Assembly: GCA_050251055.1 (NCBI GenBank)
Contig: JBFWNL010000001.1
Coordinates: forward strand, 363,825-427,824
DNA: 64,000 bases
Source of the DNA: Bacteriovoracia bacterium
GTDB lineage: Bacteria; Bdellovibrionota; UBA1018; JBFWNL01
Direction of reading: 5' to 3'
The position numbers were made by a program, and so were the translations under genes. Positions 1 to 9,044 of the stretch are shown here, in pieces (within the stretch, counting starts at the first letter, position 1; each line of letters opens with the position of its first letter). A model generated the notes under the pieces. The model was not told where the DNA came from. It was given only the letters and a program-made list of their open reading frames with translations, and did not search any database.

Positions 1-255
1 GATCACGACGAGAATCGCCGACCCCACCAGCGCGTTCGCCATGCCTCCCCCGGCTTCGCCCACGGGTTTGGGAATTTCGGTGAAGAAACTCCAGTTCAAG
101 GCGGGAAACCCCTCCTTTAAGACATAACCGAAAACATGGAAGAGCGGTACGATCGCGACGAGCGTCGCCAGTACCAAAGTCAAGAGCGCCAGCCAGTTGA
201 TGAACTTGCGGAGCGGATATCCTTTGGCAACGAATTCGGAAAATCTCGTTTCCAT
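1..255 (-). CDS. pstA: Phosphate ABC transporter permease PstA (N-terminal part; runs off window edge)
   Basis: Manual translation from ATG at 255, which overlaps the pstC stop: METRFSEFVAKG...GFPALNWSFFTEIPKPVGEAGGGMANALVGS, a typical PstA motif. Follows pstS-pstC. Confidence 0.9.
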   Translation of the reverse strand, partial: METRFSEFVAKGYPLRKFINWLALLTLVLATLVAIVPLFHVFGYVLKEGFPALNWSFFTEIPKPVGEAGGGMANALVGSAILVVI

Positions 256-1118
256 CAGCGCGGGCTCCTTCCCAAGGTGCTGCGCCAAACAAAAAGACGA
301 GCCAGCGCATTAATAATGAAAGTAACGGCGAAGAGCACGAGCCCAATCTCCATGAGCGCCGCCAGGTGGAAGTCGCTCGTGGCCTCAGCGTATTCGTTGG
401 CCAGCACGCTCGACATGGTTTGCCCGGGAGCAAAGAGCGAAGCCGAGATCTGGGCGCGATTGCCGATGACCATGGTCACGGCCATGGTTTCGCCCAGGGC
501 CCGCCCTAGGCCCAGAATGATCGCGCCAAACACGCCGGACTTCGCGCTTCCCAGAACCGACAGTCGCATCATCTCCCAGCGGGTGGCGCCGATGGCGAGC
601 GCGGCTTCGCGCTGGGCCCGCGGGATGGAATTGAAAACTTCCCGGGAGAGCGAGCTAATCGTGGGGATGATCATGATCGCCAAAATCACCCCAGCCGCGA
701 GCATGCCCACACCGTAGGCCGGCCCCTGGAAGAACGGCAAAAAACCCAGCGTTTTAGCAAGAAACGGTTCGACCGTCGTGCGCAGCCAGGGTGCCAGCAC
801 GAAGATACCCCAGAGGCCGTAGACCACGCTGGGAATCGCCGCGAGCATCTCCACCAGAAACCCTAAGACCTTGGCCGCCGTACGCGGCAAAAGATCGGTC
901 AAGGCGAGCGCGATCCCCACCCCGATCGGACCACCAATGCCGATGGCCAAGAGCGAAGACACAATCGTGCCGTAAATCACGGGGGCCGATCCGAAGATTT
1001 CCCGCACCGGGTCCCACACCGAGGAAGTGACGAACGCAAAGCCAAAACGCGTGATCGAGGGCCAGGCGGCCCGTAGCAAGAAAAGCGCAATCAGGATCAG
1101 TACCACCGGCAGCGCCAA
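255..1118 (-). CDS. pstC: Phosphate ABC transporter permease PstC (true start probably further upstream)
   Basis: Motifs LAAIPSVVYGLWG and LGRALGETMAV; multiple TM segments; lies between pstS and pstA. Confidence 0.95.
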   Translation of the reverse strand: MALPVVLILIALFLLRAAWPSITRFGFAFVTSSVWDPVREIFGSAPVIYGTIVSSLLAIGIGGPIGVGIALALTDLLPRTAAKVLGFLVEMLAAIPSVVYGLWGIFVLAPWLRTTVEPFLAKTLGFLPFFQGPAYGVGMLAAGVILAIMIIPTISSLSREVFNSIPRAQREAALAIGATRWEMMRLSVLGSAKSGVFGAIILGLGRALGETMAVTMVIGNRAQISASLFAPGQTMSSVLANEYAEATSDFHLAALMEIGLVLFAVTFIINALARLFVWRSTLGRSPR

Positions 1119-1237
1119 GGCGAAGATCCGTAGGACGTTGGAAAAAATGACATCGCCGGGATGGATATCCCGGCGACGTTTTTCCGGAGCCGGTTTTTCC
1201 AGCGCCGCGACTGAGCTTTCGGGCAGTACGCTGACTG

Positions 1238-2278
1238 CTACTTCGTTTGAATCGATTTGATCTTGGTCTCAACTTTCTTGACCATCGCCTTGGGCAGAGG
1301 CGCGTAGTGCAAGGGTTCGGCGAACTTTTGGCCATCCTTGACGGCCCAATTCAAAAACTTGGTGATTTTTGAGCCCTTGGCCTTGTCCAGGGATTGGTAG
1401 ACCAAAAGGTAAGTAAAGCCGCTGATCGGATAGGAGTCCTTGCCGTCGGCGTCCGTGATGGACACACGAAAGTCCTCCGGCATCTTTTTCAACGCGCCCG
1501 CGGCGGCGGCCGAAACCGTTTTCAAATCCGGCGTGACAAAGGCCTTCGCCTTGTTTTGCACGGCGGCGTAGTTAAGGCCGTTATTCTTGGCATAAATCAA
1601 CTCCACGTAGCCGATGCTGCCGGGGGTTTGCTTTACAAGCCCCGTGACGCCTTCGTTACCCTTGCCGCCTAAGCCCGTCGGCCAATTGACCGCGGTGCCT
1701 TGGCCAACTTTGGATTTCCAATCGGCGCTCACCTTGCTGAGATAATCCGTGAAAATGCCGCTCGTGCCGCTGCCATCGGAACGGTGGACTACCATGACGG
1801 CGGAATCTGGGAGCTTCACGCCGGGGTTAGCGGCCGTGATCTTCGCGTCGTTCCACTTCGTGAGCTTGCCCAGGAAGATATCGGCGATCACTTCCGGGGT
1901 GAGCTTCAAAGCTTCTTTCACTTCGGGGAGGTTGTACGTCAACACGACCGCGCCGAGCACGGTGGGGATGTGCAGGACCGGAGTCGTGGACTTGGCGATT
2001 TGCTCATCGGTCATTGGAGCATCGGTGGCGCCGAAATCGACCGTTTTTTCCAGGAACTGGCGGATGCCGCCACCACTACCGATCGACTGGTAGTTAATCT
2101 GCACGCTCTCGTCCACTTTGCCGTATTCCGTGAACCACTTCGAATAAAGAGGATACGGGAAGGTGGCACCCGCGCCGTTGATCAGCACCGGGGTGTTCGC
2201 GGCCTGGGCGACGCCGAGCAATGCCCAGCCGCCTACGACCAATCCAACTCTCAACATGAGGGTGGGTTCAAATTTCAT
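1238..2278 (-). CDS. pstS: Phosphate-binding protein PstS
   Basis: Signal peptide; motifs GAGATFPYPLY, YQSIGSGGG, RSDGSGT and GKGNEGV. Confidence 0.97.
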   Translation of the reverse strand: MKFEPTLMLRVGLVVGGWALLGVAQAANTPVLINGAGATFPYPLYSKWFTEYGKVDESVQINYQSIGSGGGIRQFLEKTVDFGATDAPMTDEQIAKSTTPVLHIPTVLGAVVLTYNLPEVKEALKLTPEVIADIFLGKLTKWNDAKITAANPGVKLPDSAVMVVHRSDGSGTSGIFTDYLSKVSADWKSKVGQGTAVNWPTGLGGKGNEGVTGLVKQTPGSIGYVELIYAKNNGLNYAAVQNKAKAFVTPDLKTVSAAAAGALKKMPEDFRVSITDADGKDSYPISGFTYLLVYQSLDKAKGSKITKFLNWAVKDGQKFAEPLHYAPLPKAMVKKVETKIKSIQTK

Positions 2279-2337
2279 TTTGTTTCTCCTGACTTTTCTT
2301 TGCTTCTTATTTTAGTGCGGAGAAAATAACTCCAAAG

Positions 2338-2367
2338 GTCAGGTTTGTTTGTCAGGATTTGGTTAGG
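2338..2367 (-). promoter_or_regulatory. Candidate PhoB/OmpR-type direct-repeat box upstream of pstS
   Basis: Three hexamers on the plus strand: GTCAGG (2338), GTCAGG (2351), GTTAGG (2362); spacings 13 and 11 nt. Confidence 0.35.
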
Positions 2368-2439
2368 AACCAGGAACCCTCACCCAACCCTATCATGCTG
2401 TTATTAAAGGAGATTTTTTCGGCGCCTAGGGTCTAACCC

Positions 2440-3861
2440 CTACTCGTCTATACGCTCGCCAGGGCGGCCCCCAAGGCGGATACCGTAGCGTTGGGCCTTG
2501 CGATACAGCGTAGCCCGGTCAATGCCCAGGATTTCGGAAGCTCTGGATTTATTGTACTTCACGTCCTCTAGTACCTTGAGGATATGGGCTCGCTCTACCT
2601 CCTCCAGTGACCGCTCGGGGCCCGTAACCGCTTCGGAGGGTTGCCCCACGAGGGTGCCGATCGACGCCCCCCCCTTTTTCTTGTCAAAGCCGCGGGAAAT
2701 CTCCGGGGGGAAATCTTCGGGAAACAACACGTTCGTCCGAGTCATCGCCACCGCGCGCTCCACCGCGTGCTCAAGCTCCCGCACGTTCCCCGGCCAGGGG
2801 TAGCGGTTCAACAGCTCGAGCGCATCTTCCGAGATATGGGAAACGCTCTTTTTGTTCTTCTCCGAATAGCGCGCCAGGAAAAAATTCAGGAGTTCCGGTA
2901 AGTCTTCCAATCGGCTGCGCAGCGGCGGCAGGTCGATGGCGATCACCTTCAGGCGATAGTACAAGTCTTCCCGAAACGCTTTCGTGCGGACCATCTCGTC
3001 CAGATCCCGGTGCGTGGCGGCGATCACCCGAACGTCCACTTTCCGCGTGCGGGTGTCCCCTACGGCCTTGATCTCGCCTTCCTGCAGCACACGCAAGAGC
3101 TTGATCTGCATGGCGGGGCTGATATCGCCGATCTCGTCAAGGAACAGGGTCCCATCGTTGGCCTCTTCGAAAAGTCCGACTTTGTCGTGGTTCGCCCCGG
3201 TGAACGCGCCCCGCAGATGCCCGAAGAGCTCGCTCTCGAGCAGCGTTTCGGCGAGCGCTCCGCAGTTGACGGCCACGAACTTCTTCAACTTGCGGGGGCT
3301 GTTGTCGTGGATGGCGCGCGCGATCAACTCCTTGCCCGTGCCGCTCTCACCGGTGATGAGCACGCTACTGTCGGAAATCGTCGCCCGCGCGAGGATCTTA
3401 TAGACTTCCACGATCTGCGGCGAGCGGCCAATGAAAACCTTGGTCGAAAAGGGCACCGCCGGAACCTTCGCCCCGCTCTTTGCCGGCGACATCACCGTCG
3501 ACCAGTGCTTGGCCGCGCGGGCGATCACGGCCTTGAGGTCCTCGATGCGAAACGGCTTGCTGACGTAGTCGAACGCACCCTTCTGAACCGCCTCGACCGC
3601 CGTTTCCATGCTCCCAAAACCCGTCATGAGCACCACGACGGAGCGATGCCCTTTCTGCTTCACCGCCGCGAGAAGCCCCATCCCGTCCAGTTCGAGCATG
3701 CGAATATCGGAAAGCACCAGGGGGAACTCCTGCTTGGCGATTTGCTTCAGGGCGGCCTCGCCGCTCACGGCGAGCGTGACCCGGTAGCCTTCCTTCAGAA
3801 AGACTTCCTGAAGCAGGTTCCGCGTCACTTCGTCGTCGTCGACTACCAAAATCTCCGTCAT
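2440..3861 (-). CDS. Sigma54-dependent response regulator (NtrC/AtoC/ZraR family)
   Basis: Receiver domain (VVDD, LSDIRM), Walker A GESGTGKE, GAFTGA loop, LFLDEI, C-terminal Fis-type HTH. Confidence 0.96.
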   Translation of the reverse strand: MTEILVVDDDEVTRNLLQEVFLKEGYRVTLAVSGEAALKQIAKQEFPLVLSDIRMLELDGMGLLAAVKQKGHRSVVVLMTGFGSMETAVEAVQKGAFDYVSKPFRIEDLKAVIARAAKHWSTVMSPAKSGAKVPAVPFSTKVFIGRSPQIVEVYKILARATISDSSVLITGESGTGKELIARAIHDNSPRKLKKFVAVNCGALAETLLESELFGHLRGAFTGANHDKVGLFEEANDGTLFLDEIGDISPAMQIKLLRVLQEGEIKAVGDTRTRKVDVRVIAATHRDLDEMVRTKAFREDLYYRLKVIAIDLPPLRSRLEDLPELLNFFLARYSEKNKKSVSHISEDALELLNRYPWPGNVRELEHAVERAVAMTRTNVLFPEDFPPEISRGFDKKKGGASIGTLVGQPSEAVTGPERSLEEVERAHILKVLEDVKYNKSRASEILGIDRATLYRKAQRYGIRLGGRPGERIDE

Positions 3862-5312
3862 GCCTTCTCACCGTAACCTTCGGCATAGGGTATGCGCACC
3901 GTCACCCGCGTCCACTTCCCTTCCCGAGATTCCACTTCCAGTCCCCCTCCATATTTTTTCACCAGCTCCTGGCAAATCGTCAATCCTAGACCCGTGCCCT
4001 CGCCTTTTTGTTTGGTCGTGAAAAAGGGCTTCAACACATTGCGTAGGTCCTCGCTCCGAATGCCCATGCCGGTGTCGTACACGATCACCTCGGCGAATTC
4101 CCGGCCCTGGTCGTGTTTCTTACCGGTCAAAATCTTGAGCGACATCTGCGGCATCGTGGGCGCGCGCGTACGCTTCGCCTTCAGACTGTCGATCGAGTTA
4201 TTCAAGAGATTGAGCATGATCTGCTCGATCTCCACGGGTACCGCCCGCAGCGGGCCCAATGCGAGGGTCGGGTGAACCTGCGTGTCGATCCGCAGAGCCT
4301 CGGTGCGCGGGCGCACAAGCGCGACCGTGCGCTGGACCACCTCGTTTAAGTCCACGAGCTGGCGCTGCGACTTTGGCTTGGCCGTGCTGTCGAGGAAGTC
4401 GCGCACGATCTGCGCGATCTTGCTGATCTGGCCGTTGATGATCTGGATGCGATCGCCGATGGAAGACTGGGCCGCCCCCCGGTCAGACTTCACCTCCTCA
4501 GCCAATAACTGCATATGTCCGCCGATGGAATTCAGCGGAGTGCCAATCTCGTGAGCAAAGCTCGCGGTAAGCTGGCCCATGACGGCGAGCTTCTCGGAGG
4601 TGAGCAGCCGGCGCTCGGCCTCGTGCAGCTGCTCGGAAAGCTGAAGATTGGCGGTCTGGGTCTGTCGCAGCAGGCGCTCGTTGGAGATGGCGATCCGTAA
4701 GAAATAACTCAGGGCTAAAATCAGCACGATCACCGAGAGCGCGGCCCCGCCCACGGTGATGCGGGAAAACGCGTTCAAGATATCTTCTACCGCCGTCGTC
4801 GCGATCGACAGCACGATCACCCCGGTCACCCGTCCCGACTTGCTTTTAATGGGTGCCCGAATATTGAAAATGGGAGGATCCTCGTTGGGTTCCTGATCCA
4901 CCTCGATCTGAGAAATCGGATGCAGCTTCGCCGTCAGCTCCGCCAAATCGTCGGTCGAGCCGTAAGACGCCATGTGCTTGTAGTTTTCTTTGGCGGGTTC
5001 CTTGGCTCCGGGCGATGGAGCTTCGACCTTGAACACGTGCACGCTTAAAATGTTGGGCTGCAGATAGACGATTTCGGAAATGGCGTCGGCGATCTGGGCT
5101 TCGGAATCGTTCTTACCAAAGAGCTGGTGACTGGAGATCTCGGTCGCGAGCGTCTTGGCGGAGGTCACCCCAACGTTCTTGAGCTCGTCTAGGAGGATGG
5201 GGCTAGCGACTTGGTTTTCGACCCAAGTCACCACCATAAAGGTGGGCAGGATCACGAAGACCAGGATGATGATGACCTTCGTTTGCAGGTCCAGGCGCTT
5301 GAGCCAGTTCAC
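3858..5312 (-). CDS. Membrane sensor histidine kinase
   Basis: Two TM segments flanking a periplasmic domain; H-box FAHEIGTPL; N-box; DTGMGI; GTGLGL; 4-nt overlap with the regulator. Confidence 0.95.
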   Translation of the reverse strand: MNWLKRLDLQTKVIIILVFVILPTFMVVTWVENQVASPILLDELKNVGVTSAKTLATEISSHQLFGKNDSEAQIADAISEIVYLQPNILSVHVFKVEAPSPGAKEPAKENYKHMASYGSTDDLAELTAKLHPISQIEVDQEPNEDPPIFNIRAPIKSKSGRVTGVIVLSIATTAVEDILNAFSRITVGGAALSVIVLILALSYFLRIAISNERLLRQTQTANLQLSEQLHEAERRLLTSEKLAVMGQLTASFAHEIGTPLNSIGGHMQLLAEEVKSDRGAAQSSIGDRIQIINGQISKIAQIVRDFLDSTAKPKSQRQLVDLNEVVQRTVALVRPRTEALRIDTQVHPTLALGPLRAVPVEIEQIMLNLLNNSIDSLKAKRTRAPTMPQMSLKILTGKKHDQGREFAEVIVYDTGMGIRSEDLRNVLKPFFTTKQKGEGTGLGLTICQELVKKYGGGLEVESREGKWTRVTVRIPYAEGYGEKA

Positions 5313-5327
5313 CCCGGGGGCCTTTGG

Positions 5328-5621
5328 CTAGTCGCCGCCGTTGCTGTAGCTGTCCGGCGGAGGGGGCGTGTAGCCGCCGGCGTCCGGAGGCGGAGCGGAG
5401 TACTGGCTCGGATCGTTATTGTAGTTTTGATTGTTGTAAGTATCCGCCGGCGGAGGGGGCGTCGAATTGGGGTAGCTATCGGCGTTGCTATAATCGTCCT
5501 CAGCCAACGCGCGGTTTCCTTCGGCTCCCGCGATCACGACAAGCGCGACGATCATTCCTACGCTTAAGCCCAACCAAAACCGCCCATGAAACCGATGCTT
5601 CATACTTACCTCTGCCCTCAA
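5328..5621 (-). CDS. Small exported acidic Pro-rich protein
   Basis: Signal peptide (ALA|ED) followed by low-complexity repeats PPPPADTY, PPPDAGGY and PPPPDSY; co-oriented just upstream of the kinase. Confidence 0.65.
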   Translation of the reverse strand: MRAEVSMKHRFHGRFWLGLSVGMIVALVVIAGAEGNRALAEDDYSNADSYPNSTPPPPADTYNNQNYNNDPSQYSAPPPDAGGYTPPPPDSYSNGGD

Positions 5622-5684
5622 AATAGCACATCTCTGTGCGGCGTGCCAATCGGGATTTTTCCGCGAATTTTCACCGTTTTTTTC

Positions 5685-5718
5685 AAAAAAAAAGCCCCTT
5701 TCCGTTTAGGAAAGGGGC
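5685..5718 (-). terminator. Rho-independent terminator
   Basis: Minus strand reads GCCCCTTTCC-TAAAC-GGAAAGGGGC followed by T9. Confidence 0.9.
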
Positions 5719-5762
5719 CTCTTCGAACCGGGAAAAACCGGTTCAAACCAATTCAAAAAGAA

Positions 5763-5984
5763 TTAGTGGGAAGCGGCGGCTTTCTTCGCCTTCTTCGCCT
5801 TCTTGCCACCCTTCTTCATGGCCTTTTCAGCCTTCGGGGCTTCAGCGTGAGCAGCGTCGGCAGCGCCGGCGGCAGCTTCGGCGGCGTGTTCTTCACCCGT
5901 CGCAGCACCATGATCATCCGCGTGAACCACAGGCATCAAAGCCAAACCAAACAACACCGCAACCAAGCTAGCTACTTTCTTCAT
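5763..5984 (-). CDS. Small exported Ala/His/Lys-rich protein (Asr-like composition), 73 aa
   Basis: GGAG SD before ATG at 5984; signal peptide MKKVASLVAVLFGLALMPVVHA; acidic/His middle and Lys-rich tail; followed by a terminator. Confidence 0.8.
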   Translation of the reverse strand: MKKVASLVAVLFGLALMPVVHADDHGAATGEEHAAEAAAGAADAAHAEAPKAEKAMKKGGKKAKKAKKAAASH

Positions 5985-6050
5985 CGTATTCTCCATATAG
6001 GAATGAGTTAACGTAAAACGACCGGTCACAAGACTAGTCCCCATGCATTC

Positions 6051-6066
6051 AGCAAATTCAATGCCA
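6051..6066 (-). promoter_or_regulatory. Sigma54 -24/-12 promoter
   Basis: Minus strand TGGCATTGAATTTGCT with exact GG-N10-GC spacing; about 70 nt upstream of the 5984 start. Confidence 0.8.
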
Positions 6067-6124
6067 CCCTCAGCGCCGTTAAACCTTCGCTTTCGCCGCC
6101 TCCGAAGGAAACTTGCTGAAACCT

Positions 6125-6158
6125 GCGCCACGTTAAAGTTTTGGCGCTGCAACTTGCA
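6125..6158. promoter_or_regulatory. Candidate upstream activator sequences
   Basis: Inverted repeats GCGCCA-N11-TGGCGC (6125-6147) and TGCAA-C-TTGCA (6148-6158), 60-90 nt upstream of the -24 element. Confidence 0.45.
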
Positions 6159-6242
6159 ACATGAACCGGCGGGTCATATAAACCGTCCCCCGGCAACCGG
6201 ATCGCTCGTCACCCCGCCCAAACCCGGGTACACTGGAGGGAT

Positions 6243-6959
6243 ATGCAGATGACCTTCCTCTTAAATGCGCTGCTACTCTTGATATTCAGCCCCTGCGCTT
6301 CTGCAAGCACGGACGGCGAAGTCACGGATTTCTCCAAAGCGAAGTGGGAGAAGCATAGCGACGACGACGGCGTGCGCGTAGACATCTGGGAAGTTCCGAA
6401 CAGCCCGACTTTCGCTTTTCGCGCCGAAGGCGAAATCGAAGCGCCGGTTGGCAAGGTAGCGAGCGTATTGATCGACCTGACCCGCCGCAAGGAGTGGAAC
6501 TCCGACGTCGGCGAGGCCCGTACCCTACGCCAGATTTCCGCGACCGAGCGCCTGGATTACTGGGTGATCGAGACCCCGTTCGTGATCAAAGACCGGGACT
6601 TCGTGCTGCACACGAAAGCCGAATTCGATGTTCCCAATAACACGCTGTTTTTGAAGTTCCACTCCACCGACGACCCGGCGATGCCGGAGACAAGCCGGGT
6701 GCGCGGCAAGATCCACAACAGCTATTACTCGCTCACCCCGTCCCCCGACGGCAAAAAAACCAAAGTCGTCTTTCTCGTTCACGTCGATCCGATGGGCAGC
6801 TGCCCGAAGTGGATCGTCAATATGTTCCAAAAGGGCTATCCGCATCGCAACCTCACCGCCTTGCGCAAACAGGTCATGAAGCCCGACATCGGAGAACACG
6901 CGCAGGTGAAAGCGCTCTTTGAGACGAAGCAGATCAACCGTCTCATCATGGGTAAGTAA
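6243..6959 (+). CDS. Exported START-domain lipid-binding protein
   Basis: Signal peptide; START-like motifs RKEWN, PFVIKDRDFV and VDPMGSCPKWIVN. Confidence 0.85.
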   Translation: MQMTFLLNALLLLIFSPCASASTDGEVTDFSKAKWEKHSDDDGVRVDIWEVPNSPTFAFRAEGEIEAPVGKVASVLIDLTRRKEWNSDVGEARTLRQISATERLDYWVIETPFVIKDRDFVLHTKAEFDVPNNTLFLKFHSTDDPAMPETSRVRGKIHNSYYSLTPSPDGKKTKVVFLVHVDPMGSCPKWIVNMFQKGYPHRNLTALRKQVMKPDIGEHAQVKALFETKQINRLIMGK

Positions 6960-7519
6960 TGAGTAAAGCCTTCACTAAGGAATCCGACGGCGGCCTAGAC
7001 GACGACGGAGACACCGGGGAACCCAAGGACGATCTCCCCGCCGGCGCTAAGAACTACATCACGCCCGCCGGGGCCGCACGACTGCGTGAAGAACTCAAGC
7101 AGCTCATGAACGTGGAACGCCCGAAAGTGGTGACCACGGTTTCATGGGCCGCTTCCAACGGCGATCGCTCCGAAAACGGCGACTATATCTACGGCAAACG
7201 CAGGCTACGCGAGATCGATCGGCGCATCCGCTTCTTGAGCAAACGCCTGGAGATCGCCGAAATCATTGACCCTCTTACCCAAGCCAAAGACCGCGTGCTC
7301 TTTGGCGCGACCGTGACCGTCGAACACGAGAGCGGCGAGAAGCGAAAGTACCGCATCGTGGGCATGGACGAGACCGATGCGGCTAAGCGCTACATCAGTT
7401 GGACCTCCCCGATCGGGCGCGCCTTGCTGCAGGCTAAAAAAGGCGACACCATCCAGGTCAGAACCCCCAAGGGGGAAGAAGAGCTAGAAGTGCTCTTAAT
7501 TCAATATCAAACAGAATGA
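6959..7519 (+). CDS. greB: Transcription elongation factor GreB
   Basis: Motifs NYITPAG, WAASNGDRSENGDYIYGKRRLREIDRRIRFL and ISWTSPIGRAL. Confidence 0.96.
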   Translation: MSKAFTKESDGGLDDDGDTGEPKDDLPAGAKNYITPAGAARLREELKQLMNVERPKVVTTVSWAASNGDRSENGDYIYGKRRLREIDRRIRFLSKRLEIAEIIDPLTQAKDRVLFGATVTVEHESGEKRKYRIVGMDETDAAKRYISWTSPIGRALLQAKKGDTIQVRTPKGEEELEVLLIQYQTE

Positions 7520-7609
7520 CGCAATGAGCCGTCGGCGTGGCTTTCGACGCTAGGAAACTTGATGCAGTTTTCCATAAACTAATTCGTTTGATGAACCGAA
7601 AAGATCGAT

Positions 7610-7975
7610 ATGAAGATCAAAAATCTGCTGACTCTTTTCTATAGTGTCACCGCCATCGCGCTTGCGTTGTCGATAAGCGGCTGCGGTAAACAGCGGGACG
7701 CGGAAGCTCACGCCATGATCCAACAGCTCGCCGCCAAAATTCAGAAAGTCGAACAGGAGCATGAATCGGTCGCAGCCTATATTCGCGGCGTGGCCACCGA
7801 CCTCAACGGGCTGAAGCAACGGATCGCTCACCTCGAAGCCTCGAAAGTGAAAAGCCCGGAGCCCGCGCCGCCCAAGAAAGTCACTACGACGAAAAAACCG
7901 ACGGCTTCCATTAAGAGCAAGGCATCTCCCCCGAAGAGCACCAAGAAAGCTCCACCTAAGAAGAAAAAACGCTAA
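7610..7975 (+). CDS. Hypothetical lipoprotein, coiled coil with Lys/Pro-rich tail
   Basis: Lipobox ISGC; heptad-like middle region; basic low-complexity C-terminus. Confidence 0.75.
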   Translation: MKIKNLLTLFYSVTAIALALSISGCGKQRDAEAHAMIQQLAAKIQKVEQEHESVAAYIRGVATDLNGLKQRIAHLEASKVKSPEPAPPKKVTTTKKPTASIKSKASPPKSTKKAPPKKKKR

Positions 7976-8072
7976 GCCCCTGGAATCATTTTCTTTTCTC
8001 TATTTCGCTAACCGACTTCTGACTTGACCGGGCTTGCCATCCATTTTAGACCTCCTTCCACGAGGTATATTT

Positions 8073-9020
8073 ATGATGGTTGCTCGTTTTGCTTTTTTGC
8101 TGATCGTCTTGGGACTCTTCTCGCACTCCGCCAGTTACGGCGCCGAAAAGAAGAAGCTTTGGGTCTATACGTCGGTTTACAAAGAATACTCGACTCCGCT
8201 CGGCAAGGCTTTCGAAGCCAAGCACCCTGAATACCAAGCCGAGATCTTCCAAGGCGGTTCCGAGAAGCTCCAGGCCAAGGTAGAGGCCGAGATCCTAGGC
8301 GGCAAGCCCCAGGCCGACGTCGTCATGACGTCCGATCCCTTCTGGACGCGCGACTTCGAGAAGCGTGGACAGACGGCGGGCAATCCCCAGCTCAACTACT
8401 ATTCGCTGATGGTCATGGTTTGCCACCAGGGTTTGCCGGCGGACAAACGGCCGCAAACCTTCCAGGACCTGGCGAAGCCCGAATTCAAGAACCTCATCCA
8501 AATCGGCAGCCCCCTTGAATCCGGCACCCAGTTCATGGCGGTGGCTTATCTGAGCGATAAGTACGGCTGGGACTTCTACGAAAAGCTCCGGGCGAATAAC
8601 CTCGCCTCGAGCGGCGGCAACTCCACGGTGATCCAAAAAGTGGAATCGGGGGAAAAGAAGGTCGGTATCGTGCTGTTAGAAAATGCGATCGCCGCCCGCA
8701 AACGCGGCAGCCCAATCGAAATTATTTATCCCACCGATGGCAGTATTCCGCTGCCAAACATGCAGGTCATGGTGAAAGGTTCGCCAAACCCCGAAGGCGC
8801 CAAGATGTTCATGGACTTCGTGCTCTCCAAGGAAGGCCAGCAGATCCTGCTTGGCGGTTACATGTACACCCTCCACAAGCAGCTGCCGAACCCCGAAGGC
8901 GCCAAGCCCTTAAAGGAAGTCACGAAGAACTCGACGCCCTGGACGACGGCGCGCATCGAAAAATTCGCGGGCGCCGGGAAAGAGATCAAGAAAAAATTCA
9001 GCCAGCTCATCTTGGAATAA
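8073..9020 (+). CDS. ABC transporter substrate-binding protein (Fe3+/thiamine, FbpA/AfuA-like)
   Basis: GAGGT SD before ATG at 8073; signal peptide; motifs LWVYTS, PQADV, SGT and YPTDG; first gene of an ABC operon. Confidence 0.85.
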   Translation: MMVARFAFLLIVLGLFSHSASYGAEKKKLWVYTSVYKEYSTPLGKAFEAKHPEYQAEIFQGGSEKLQAKVEAEILGGKPQADVVMTSDPFWTRDFEKRGQTAGNPQLNYYSLMVMVCHQGLPADKRPQTFQDLAKPEFKNLIQIGSPLESGTQFMAVAYLSDKYGWDFYEKLRANNLASSGGNSTVIQKVESGEKKVGIVLLENAIAARKRGSPIEIIYPTDGSIPLPNMQVMVKGSPNPEGAKMFMDFVLSKEGQQILLGGYMYTLHKQLPNPEGAKPLKEVTKNSTPWTTARIEKFAGAGKEIKKKFSQLILE

Positions 9021-9044
9021 GCTGGAGTCATCGCGATCCGATCG

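Noticed and set aside
5630-5650. TTGGCACG on the minus strand upstream of the Pro-rich gene, as a sigma54 promoter
   Set aside because: Good -24 element but no GC at the required 10-nt spacing.
5658-5667. TTTCCGCGAA shared with 49396-49405
   Set aside because: Opposite orientation relative to the downstream genes and only two copies; likely chance.
7976-8072. TPP or other riboswitch ahead of the ABC transporter
   Set aside because: Short spacer with no recognisable TPP or cobalamin core motifs.
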